From positions 25,990 to 89,989 of the forward strand of contig JBHEMV010000001.1 of the NCBI GenBank assembly GCA_046262375.1: a stretch of 64,000 nt of DNA, in the 5' to 3' direction. The DNA comes from Pyrinomonadaceae bacterium. GTDB taxonomy: Bacteria > Acidobacteriota > Blastocatellia > Pyrinomonadales > Pyrinomonadaceae. A program made the position numbers and the translations under genes. Position 1 is the stretch's first letter; each line of letters opens with the position of its first letter. Positions 57,154 through 64,000 of the stretch are shown piece by piece. The notes below the pieces were generated by a model. The model was not told the DNA's origin. It did no database searches and saw only the letters and a program-made list of their open reading frames with translations.

Positions 57154-58122
57154 ATGAGTACGTTCCTGCAGCAGCTAATCAATGGCGTCTCGCTCGGCGC
57201 GATTTATTCTCTCATCGCGCTGGGCTACACAATGGTTTACGGCGTGCTGAAGCTAATTAACTTCGCGCACGGCGACGTGTACATGGTCGGCGCGTTTATG
57301 GGCTATTACATCGCCAATGGCCTGGGCGCGCGCGGCGCCCAGGCTCTCGGTCAAAGCGCGGACGGTTTGATCGCGCGCGGGCTACTGGGAAGCGGAGCGA
57401 TTGAGCCATCGCTGATCACGGCTCTTGTGGTTATGCTGCTGGCAATGGCCATATGCGCGGCGCTCGGCGTCATCATTGAGCGTTTCGCTTATCGACCGGT
57501 TCGCAAGTACTCGCGTCTGACAGCGCTGATCACGGCCATCGGCGTTTCGCTTTTGCTGGAGAACGGCGGTCAGGTGGTCTTCGGCGCGGACCCAAAATTC
57601 TTCCCCGAACTCTTCAAAAAACGCAACATCGACCTCTTCGGCGGCGCCAGCATCAACAGCGCTGACATTGTTGTGCTGATCATCGCGCTGGTGTTGATGA
57701 TTGGGCTGCAGCTCGTGGTCTATCGCACCAAGACCGGCCGTGCGATGCGAGCAGTTTCGTTTAATCTGCAATCGGCGAAACTGATGGGCATCAATACTGA
57801 CCGCATCATCGCGTTCACCTTCGCGCTGGGTTCCGCTCTGGCCGCGGCGGCTGGGGTGCTGGTCGCGATTCGCATCCCGCGCATCGATCCGCTGATGGGA
57901 ATTCTCATCGGCTTGAAGGCGTTTGTGGCCGCCGTGCTCGGAGGCATCGGCAACATTCCCGGCGCCATGCTCGGCGGGCTGCTCATCGGCATAACCGAAA
58001 CCATGGTGGTCGGCTACCTGTCGCCTACCTACAAAGATGCGGTCGCATTCGCAATACTGATTCTGATACTCCTTTTCCGACCCTCCGGTCTACTCGGTTC
58101 GGTCTCGCAGGAAAAGGTCTGA
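57154..58122 (+). CDS. livH: branched-chain amino-acid ABC permease LivH
   Basis: QQLINGVSLGAIYSLIALGYTMVYGVLKLINFAHGD is the typical LivH N-terminus. Confidence 0.9.
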   Translation: MSTFLQQLINGVSLGAIYSLIALGYTMVYGVLKLINFAHGDVYMVGAFMGYYIANGLGARGAQALGQSADGLIARGLLGSGAIEPSLITALVVMLLAMAICAALGVIIERFAYRPVRKYSRLTALITAIGVSLLLENGGQVVFGADPKFFPELFKKRNIDLFGGASINSADIVVLIIALVLMIGLQLVVYRTKTGRAMRAVSFNLQSAKLMGINTDRIIAFTFALGSALAAAAGVLVAIRIPRIDPLMGILIGLKAFVAAVLGGIGNIPGAMLGGLLIGITETMVVGYLSPTYKDAVAFAILILILLFRPSGLLGSVSQEKV

Positions 58123-58220
58123 CGAGAATACTGAATGCGAAATGCGGAACGATGAATTAGCATCTGATTCCTCCTTTCATTATTCTGCATTCCGAATTCA
58201 GCATTCATCATTCGTGTCTT
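58123..58220 (+). repeat. heptad-built long hairpin in the livH|livM gap
   Basis: The left arm is GAATACT GAATGCG AAATGCG GAACGAT GAATTAG. The right arm is CATTATT CTGCATT CCGAATT CAGCATT CATCATT. Helices include 58132-58138/58201-58207 (7 bp) and 58145-58149/58190-58194 (5 bp). The apical region contains CCTCC (58170-58174). Confidence 0.55.
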
Positions 58221-59315
58221 ATGCCCCGCTACCTACGTAACCTAATCATCGCTTTGATCGTGCTTGCCGTCCTGTATGGGCTGGACTTCGTGTTTCAGGG
58301 CCGCATGATTAGTCCTTACTTCAGTCGCATCTTGATGCTGTCCGGGATTGCAATTACGTTGGCAGTGTCGCTCAACCTAATCAACGGATTCACCGGCCAG
58401 TTTTCTATTGGACACGCGGGGTTTATGGCCGTCGGAGCTTATTCGTCGGCGTATTTTTCGGTTAACTACGGTGCAAACCTGGCCACCACTCTCGGCGGCG
58501 GCAAGTTGGGCTGGATTGTAGGGTTGGGTTTGGCGACCTTAATCGGCGCTGCCTGCGCCGGACTTGCGGGACTGGTAGTGGGCGTGCCCTCGCTTCGTCT
58601 CAAAGGTGATTACCTCGCCATCGTGACCCTCGGCTTCGGCCAAATCATCGTTGTATTCCTAAACAACATCGAAGCTGTTGGCGGCGCACGGGGCTATTCG
58701 GGTATCCCGATAGTGAAGAGCTTCTTCTGGATTTTCCTGATTGCCATTCTAACGATCGTAATCGTTTACAACATCGTGAACTCCGCCTTTGGGCGCGCCT
58801 TGATTTCGATTCGCGAAGACGAACTCGCGGCGGAGGCCATGGGCGTCAATACAACTCGTTATAAGGTCATGGCCTTCGTAATCTCGTCGGCCATGGCGGG
58901 CGCCGGCGGCGTATTGCTGGCCCACTTCGATGGCTACCTCAATCCCAAGTCTTTCGAGTTTATTAAGTCGTTCGAGATTCTGATCATGATCATTCTCGGC
59001 GGCCTCGGCTCGATTGTTGGCTCGGTGCTCGGAGCAATTCTGCTGACCGTTTTGCCGGAAGCGTTGCGGGGCTTTGCTGAATACCGAATGGTCATCTATT
59101 CGTTGCTGCTAATCATCCTGATGATTACCCGACCGCAGGGACTACTGGGCACTACGGCGGCGTTCAAAGGATGGCGCGGACGAAAACGAACCAAGACTCG
59201 TTCGCAGGCAGAAGAGATTTTGGCGGAAGACACGCGCGATAACGTGTCGGTAGATAAAGCGACGCTCGGCGAGCGCCAGAGTGAAACGTCGCTGGGAAAG
59301 GGAGACAAGGAGTGA
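58221..59315 (+). CDS. livM: branched-chain amino-acid ABC permease LivM
   Basis: It has LivM-type polytopic topology (LNLINGFTGQFSIGHAGFMAVGAY). Its stop overlaps the livG start. Confidence 0.9.
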   Translation: MPRYLRNLIIALIVLAVLYGLDFVFQGRMISPYFSRILMLSGIAITLAVSLNLINGFTGQFSIGHAGFMAVGAYSSAYFSVNYGANLATTLGGGKLGWIVGLGLATLIGAACAGLAGLVVGVPSLRLKGDYLAIVTLGFGQIIVVFLNNIEAVGGARGYSGIPIVKSFFWIFLIAILTIVIVYNIVNSAFGRALISIREDELAAEAMGVNTTRYKVMAFVISSAMAGAGGVLLAHFDGYLNPKSFEFIKSFEILIMIILGGLGSIVGSVLGAILLTVLPEALRGFAEYRMVIYSLLLIILMITRPQGLLGTTAAFKGWRGRKRTKTRSQAEEILAEDTRDNVSVDKATLGERQSETSLGKGDKE

Positions 59316-60127
59316 GCTCGAGCATTACCACAAATGATCGTCCAACCGGCACACCTGCCGCCAATGGTGGAGCGGTTCTAAAGACCGAGAAGGCCACGAT
59401 CCGTTTCGGCGGTCTTGTCGCTGTCAGTGAACTAGACATGGCCGTGCAGCAGGGTGAGATCTATGGGCTCATCGGTCCGAATGGCGCCGGCAAGACCACG
59501 ATCTTTAATTTGCTTACCGGTGTTTACCAGCCTACCTCCGGCGAGATTTATTTCGAAGGCAAGCGCATTGACGGAAAGCGCCCTTACGAAATCGCGGCGC
59601 ACGGCGTCTCACGCACGTTTCAGAACATACGTCTTTTCCCCAGTATGAGCGTGCTCGACAATGTGCTCACCGCCTGCCACATTCACACCAGGCAGACACT
59701 GGTTGATGCCGTCTTACGCACTACGCGCTTCCGGCGCTGCGAAGAGGCTTCACTCGATTACTGCATGGACCTGCTCGCAATTTTCGATCTCGATGGCTTT
59801 AAAGATGAGGGCGGCACGAGTTTGCCTTACGGAAAACAGCGGCGACTCGAGATCGTGCGCGCGCTGGCGACCAGGCCAAAGCTCTTGCTGCTGGACGAGC
59901 CTGCGGCGGGTATGAATCCCTCCGAACAGGAAGACTTGATGAAGCTCATTCAGCAGATACGTGACCGTTTTGGTCTCACTATCTTGCTTGTCGAACACAA
60001 CATGAAGGTTGTGATGGGCGTGTGCGAACGAATTCAGGTCGTGGATTATGGGAAGTCGATTGCACTTGGCATTCCTGAACAGATTAAGAACGATCCCAAG
60101 GTGATTGAAGCGTATCTTGGGGATTAG
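59312..60127 (+). CDS. livG: branched-chain amino-acid ABC ATPase LivG
   Basis: Walker A is GPNGAGKTT, the signature is LPYGKQRRLEI and Walker B is LLLLDEPAAG. The C-terminal KVIEAYLG is also present. Confidence 0.9.
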   Translation: MSSSITTNDRPTGTPAANGGAVLKTEKATIRFGGLVAVSELDMAVQQGEIYGLIGPNGAGKTTIFNLLTGVYQPTSGEIYFEGKRIDGKRPYEIAAHGVSRTFQNIRLFPSMSVLDNVLTACHIHTRQTLVDAVLRTTRFRRCEEASLDYCMDLLAIFDLDGFKDEGGTSLPYGKQRRLEIVRALATRPKLLLLDEPAAGMNPSEQEDLMKLIQQIRDRFGLTILLVEHNMKVVMGVCERIQVVDYGKSIALGIPEQIKNDPKVIEAYLGD

Positions 60128-60259
60128 TGCTTTGAACTTGGTGCTTTGATCTTTGTACTTTGAACTTTGTTCTTTGAACTTTTGTGCTTTGTCTGCTTCG
60201 CCAAGACGAATTCAAAGTACAAAGTTCAAAGATCAGAAATCAAGGCCACACTTTCAAAA
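60128..60259 (+). repeat. heptad-built long hairpin in the livG|livF gap (same family as 62911-63048)
   Basis: The left arm is about 9 tandem NNCTTTG heptads from 60128. The right arm is NNCAAAG heptads running from 60211 up to the livF ATG. 60147-60169 pairs with 60213-60235 at 21 of 23 positions. Confidence 0.7.
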
Positions 60260-60964
60260 ATGCTTAATCTAGAAAACGTCTCAGTCAACTACGGCGCTAT
60301 CGAAGCCCTTACCGGCATCTCAATGCACGTCGAGAAGGGAGAGGTGGTGACTCTAATCGGCGCAAATGGAGCCGGCAAGACCACTACGCTTCGAACAATC
60401 ACGGGATTGCTCCAACCGCGCGACGGAAGAATAAGTTTTGAGGGCGAGGACATTGGCGGCCGGCCAACGCATCAACTTGTCGCCAAGGGTATATCCATGG
60501 CGCCGGAAGGGCGAGGAGTCTTCGCGAACCTGTCTGTCCGGGAAAATTTGCAGATGGGTGCTTATCTCAATAAAGACAGGCGAAAGATAGCTTCTGATAT
60601 GGAACGAGCATTTCAGATGTTTCCTCGTTTGCAGGAAAGAGAATCACAGAAGGCGGGAACTCTTTCTGGAGGTGAGCAGCAGATGCTGGCCATCGGACGA
60701 GCTCTCATGTCGCAACCGCGTCTGCTTTTGCTAGACGAGCCATCTTTGGGGCTTGCCCCGCTTGTCGTGCATACAATTTTCGAAGCTATTGATGAGATTC
60801 GCGGTAAAGGAACCACGATTCTTCTCGTAGAACAGAATGCGCACGCGGCCCTGGGCCATTCTGATCGTGCCTACGTTTTGGAGACAGGCAGAATTGTTAT
60901 GGAAGGTCCGTCTGCACAGCTAGCCGCCGACCCGCGCATTAAAGAAGCCTACCTTGGTGAGTAA
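60260..60964 (+). CDS. livF: branched-chain amino-acid ABC ATPase LivF
   Basis: The ATG at 60260 gives MLNLENVSVNYG. Walker A is GANGAGKTT, the signature is LSGGEQQMLAI and Walker B is LLLLDEPS. The tracked upstream extension translates the repeat element. Confidence 0.9.
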   Translation: MLNLENVSVNYGAIEALTGISMHVEKGEVVTLIGANGAGKTTTLRTITGLLQPRDGRISFEGEDIGGRPTHQLVAKGISMAPEGRGVFANLSVRENLQMGAYLNKDRRKIASDMERAFQMFPRLQERESQKAGTLSGGEQQMLAIGRALMSQPRLLLLDEPSLGLAPLVVHTIFEAIDEIRGKGTTILLVEQNAHAALGHSDRAYVLETGRIVMEGPSAQLAADPRIKEAYLGE

Positions 60965-61003
60965 TCAAAGATTCTCAGCCTCACCTGCGACCAGTTCAAC
61001 AAG

Positions 61004-62392
61004 TCAGGAAATCAACCCTAATCGCGCAGCGCGAAGCGCTTCAGCCACTCGCTGCGGTGCTGTGCCGCCAGCTTGAAATTTTGTCGCCAACGTTCTCTCC
61101 AGCGTGAGCGAATCCGACACATCGCCTTCAATCTTTTCTGAGAAAGAGCGCAATTCGTCTAAGGAAAGTCCAGACAATTCGACACCTTTTTCGATCGCTT
61201 TGACGACAATTCTCCCGACCGTTTCGTGCGCCTCACGGAAAGGCATACCCCTGCGCACAAGGTAATCGACAAGTTCAGTGGCATTCATCAGCCCCTGCGA
61301 TGCTGCCTCTCGCATTCGCTCTTCTCTAAGCTCCACATTTCGGAGAACCAGCATCGTAACTTCCAGACAAGATTGTATCGTGTCAAAAGAGTCGAAGACT
61401 GCCTCTTTGTCCTCCTGAAAGTCCTTGTTATAAGCAAGGGGTAGACCTTTAAGCAGGGTTAGTAACGACGTGGCGTGGCCAAAAACACGCCCCGCCTTGC
61501 CTCGAACGAGCTCCATCGAATCCGGATTTTTCTTCTGCGGCATTAAGCTGGATCCCGTCGCCACTGCGTCACTAAGTTCGAAGAAACCAAACTCGCTGGT
61601 TGAGTAAAGAATTACCTCTTCCGCAAAACGCGACAGGTGGACCATGATTAGGGCGCAGACTCCAACAAACTCAATACAGAAATCGCGATCGCTAACTGCA
61701 TCCACGCTGTTGCGAGATACAGTCTCAAACCCCAGCTCCCTCGCTACAGCTTCGCGGTTAATCGGATAGGAAGCCCCCGCCAGCGCTGCAGAACCAAGTG
61801 GAGATACGTTGACTCGCTTTCGTGTCTCCTTGAGCCGTTCGCGATCACGAGCCAGCATCTCAAAATAAGCAAGACACCAGTGGGCAAAAAGAATGGGCTG
61901 CGCATGTTGGAGGTGGGTGTATCCCGGAAGCACTGCATCGCTTTTCTTCTCAGCCAAATCCAACAGAGCTTCCTGAGTCGAGCGTACTTGCGTTAAGAGA
62001 TGATCTGTCGCCTCTCTCAACCACAGACGCAGATCTGTCGCTACCTGATCGTTTCGGCTACGACTTGTATGCAGCTTGCGTCCCGTATCTCCTATCATCT
62101 CTACCAACCGCTCTTCGACGAAAGAATGAATGTCTTCGGATTCTATTTCGTCAAAGTAGCCGGCAGCGGTAAGGCCTCGCTCGAGTATTATTCGTAATCC
62201 ATCTTTAATCTTCCCGGCTTCTTCCTGGCTAAGCACACCAGCGGCGACAAGACCATTGCAGTGGGCTACGCTGGCACGAACATCTACTTCAAACAGTCTC
62301 CGATCAAACGAGAACGAGTTATTAAATTTGGCGAACGCGGGATCCGCCCGGCCCGTAAATCGACCGCCCCATAACGTTTTACCTTCGGCCAT
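61004..62392 (-). CDS. argH: argininosuccinate lyase
   Basis: It carries the fumarate-lyase signature GSSLMPQKKNPD and the N-terminal LWGGRF. GAGGAG lies upstream of the ATG. Confidence 0.95.
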   Translation of the reverse strand: MAEGKTLWGGRFTGRADPAFAKFNNSFSFDRRLFEVDVRASVAHCNGLVAAGVLSQEEAGKIKDGLRIILERGLTAAGYFDEIESEDIHSFVEERLVEMIGDTGRKLHTSRSRNDQVATDLRLWLREATDHLLTQVRSTQEALLDLAEKKSDAVLPGYTHLQHAQPILFAHWCLAYFEMLARDRERLKETRKRVNVSPLGSAALAGASYPINREAVARELGFETVSRNSVDAVSDRDFCIEFVGVCALIMVHLSRFAEEVILYSTSEFGFFELSDAVATGSSLMPQKKNPDSMELVRGKAGRVFGHATSLLTLLKGLPLAYNKDFQEDKEAVFDSFDTIQSCLEVTMLVLRNVELREERMREAASQGLMNATELVDYLVRRGMPFREAHETVGRIVVKAIEKGVELSGLSLDELRSFSEKIEGDVSDSLTLERTLATKFQAGGTAPQRVAEALRAARLGLIS

Positions 62393-62416
62393 TTGTGCTC
62401 CTCATCTCCTCAGGGG

Positions 62417-62505
62417 TTGACGCCGAGCCACCTGCACTGCTAGTTTATGCATCTATGCACATGATATGCAAGTAAAATGCATATTTGTGCGTATATATGC
62501 AAAAA
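62417..62505. promoter_or_regulatory. argH/argR divergent control region with ARG-box-like ATGCA palindromes
   Basis: Five ATGCA cores lie at 62447, 62455, 62466, 62477 and 62497. The palindromes are TGCAT-CT-ATGCA (62448-62459) and TATGCA-N7-TGCATA (62465-62483). A candidate -35 TTGACG (62417-62422) and -10 TAGTTT (62441-62446) are 18 nt apart. Confidence 0.5.
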
Positions 62506-62910
62506 GAACTGCGACAGAAAAAGCTGTTGAGCCTAATCAGAGCGAAGCCCTTCGGCACTCAGGCCGAGCTTCGGGATTCTCTCGAACGTGCCGGGGTTCC
62601 GGCAACTCAGTCCAGCCTCTCACGAGATCTGGAAGAACTGGGAATTGTAAAGCATCGCGGGCATTACACGGTGCCCAAAACAAATGGCGCGGCGGGACGG
62701 GGGCTGCTGAGCCTCGACCTGTGTGGCGAAAACCTGGTAATAGCCAGAACGGAGCCAGGACTCGCTTCGGCCGTGGCCGTGGAAATAGATGGCGCGGCGA
62801 TTTCTGAAATCGCAGGAACAATCGCCGGGGAAGACACCATCTTCATTGCTGTTGGCGAGCAGAAAGCACAACGGGTCGCAATGAAGAAAATTTGGGAATT
62901 GTTTGTGTAG
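62497..62910 (+). CDS. argR: arginine repressor ArgR
   Basis: The ATG at 62497 gives MQKELRQKKLLSLI. It has a winged-helix N-terminus (TQAELRDSLERAGVPATQSSLSRDLEELG) and a C-terminal GTIAGEDTIFI motif. Confidence 0.85.
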   Translation: MQKELRQKKLLSLIRAKPFGTQAELRDSLERAGVPATQSSLSRDLEELGIVKHRGHYTVPKTNGAAGRGLLSLDLCGENLVIARTEPGLASAVAVEIDGAAISEIAGTIAGEDTIFIAVGEQKAQRVAMKKIWELFV

Positions 62911-63048
62911 ATAGTGCTTGGTGCTTTGTACTTTGTGTCTTGTACTTTAAGAACTTTTTAGTTACGTGTCACATGATTTCCTGGAATAGAGATCAAAGTA
63001 CTAAGAACCAAGTACTAAAGTACAAAGTACCAAAACAAAAACTAACTT
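62911..63048 (+). repeat. heptad-built long hairpin in the argR|argG gap (same family as 60128-60259)
   Basis: The left arm is ATAGTGC TTGGTGC TTTGTAC TTTGTGT CTTGTAC TTTAAGA. The right arm is GATCAAA GTACTAA GAACCAA GTACTAA AGTACAA AGTACCA. 62919-62935 pairs with 63016-63032 (15 Watson-Crick plus 2 G-U). It shares CTTGGTGCTTTG and TACTTTG with the livG|livF element. Confidence 0.7.
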
Positions 63049-64000
63049 ATGGAAGATAAGAAAAGCAAAATTAATAAGATCGTTTTAGCCTACTCCGGCG
63101 GTCTCGATACTTCGGTGATGCTGCGCTGGCTGAAGGATCGGTATGCTTGCGAAGTGATCTGTTACTGCGCTGATGTTGGGCAGGGAGATGAGCTGAGCGG
63201 TTTGGAAGAAAAAGCTCTGAAGACTGGAGGTTCGAAACTTTACGTCGAAGACCTTCGCGAAGAGTTTGTTCGTGAATACGTCTGGACAGCAGTCAAGGCC
63301 AATGCGGTCTATGAAGGAGTTTACCTTTTGGGTACGTCCCTTGCCCGTCCCGTAATCGCAAAACGACAAATTGAGATCGCGCGGGAAGAAGGTGCAGACG
63401 CTGTAGCCCATGGCGCGACAGGCAAGGGAAACGATCAGGTGCGGTTTGAGCTGGCTTATTACGCCCTGGAACCGGACATCAAAGTTATTGCTCCCTGGCG
63501 TGAGTGGGAGTTTAAGGGCCGAAGCGACTTAATCGCATACTCGAAGGAGCACAGCATACCGGTTACCGCGACGCACGAAAAACCGTATTCCACCGACCGC
63601 AACCTGATGCATGTCTCTTACGAGGGTGGAATTCTCGAGGACCCCTGGGCGGAACCGCCTGAAGACATATTTCAACTCACGCGTTCTCCGGAGAATGCGA
63701 AATCGGACGTTGAATATATCGAAGTGTCTTTCCAACGTGGTGAACCGGTGGCACTAAATGGCAAAGCATTGGGGCCCGTGAAATTGCTGGAAAGTCTAAA
63801 CAAGTTGGGCGGCGACCACGGCATTGGCAGGGTTGATCTGGTTGAGAATCGTTTCGTAGGAATCAAATCGCGAGGAGTTTACGAGAGCCCCGGGGTGACG
63901 ATTTTGCAGAATGCCCACCGGGCATTGGAATCCATAACACTCGATCGAGAGGTCATGCATTTGCGCGACTCTTTAAGTGTGAAGTTTGCCGAGAGCATCT
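63049..64000 (+). CDS. argG: argininosuccinate synthase (3' end beyond the window)
   Basis: Not in the ORF track because it runs off the end. ATG 63049 gives [29 protein letters not shown]...[15 protein letters not shown]...[14 protein letters not shown], all classic ArgG motifs. Confidence 0.95.
   Translation, partial: MEDKKSKINKIVLAYSGGLDTSVMLRWLKDRYACEVICYCADVGQGDELSGLEEKALKTGGSKLYVEDLREEFVREYVWTAVKANAVYEGVYLLGTSLARPVIAKRQIEIAREEGADAVAHGATGKGNDQVRFELAYYALEPDIKVIAPWREWEFKGRSDLIAYSKEHSIPVTATHEKPYSTDRNLMHVSYEGGILEDPWAEPPEDIFQLTRSPENAKSDVEYIEVSFQRGEPVALNGKALGPVKLLESLNKLGGDHGIGRVDLVENRFVGIKSRGVYESPGVTILQNAHRALESITLDREVMHLRDSLSVKFAESI

Noticed and set aside
60167-60259. Upstream extension of livF (MFFELLCFVCFAKTNSKYKVQRSEIK...)
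   Set aside because: It merely translates the heptad repeat element. LivF homologues begin at MLNLENV (ATG 60260).
62466-62807. 113-aa ORF overlapping argR in another frame
   Set aside because: It has Arg/Gly-rich junk composition, and the argR frame carries the recognisable repressor motifs.

Overview
64-kb chromosomal segment from a diderm bacterium. I saw no rRNA, intact tRNA, CRISPR array, transposase or integrase. The gene content (futalosine genes mqnA/mqnE, a reaction-centre-type c-cytochrome domain in a non-photosynthetic context, many exported proteins) is weakly reminiscent of Acidobacteria-like soil bacteria. Taxonomy cannot be established from the window alone.

Left third:
- ppiD-like chaperone, TerC-family protein, and a FecR-like/GGDEF gene pair.
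- The complete rod-shape operon mreB-mreC-mreD-mrdA(PBP2)-rodA.
- An ~830-nt non-coding leader, then an RNase E/G gene whose S1 domain is split by a ~420-aa low-complexity insertion.
- An alpha/beta hydrolase and a 1481-aa HEAT / E-R-A-Q-rich repeat / HEAT giant protein.

Middle:
- ypfJ, a HAD hydrolase, mqnE-mqnA, a cyclase, and an ATL (alkyltransferase-like) protein.
- A frameshifted ybjQ-like gene, a PaaI thioesterase, and a second GGDEF protein.
- A heterodimeric ABC exporter with one degenerate ATP site and an interposed small membrane protein, then an exported esterase-like protein.

36.7-45.9 kb looks accessory and partly decayed:
- It opens with a tRNA D-arm-like fragment and contains orphan genes.
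- It holds one frameshifted small gene and ends in a racemase remnant.

Right third:
- A dihaem c-cytochrome, an SLT-like protein, an AlkA-like glycosylase, PHP and Dabb proteins, an S9 peptidase and an aromatic amino-acid decarboxylase.
- livJ-like/livHMGF, then argH diverging from argR-argG across an ATGCA-rich operator.

The most unusual non-genic signal is four intra-operon long hairpins. Each is built from tandem heptads mirrored by inverted heptads, and each ends just upstream of a gene that lacks a Shine-Dalgarno sequence.
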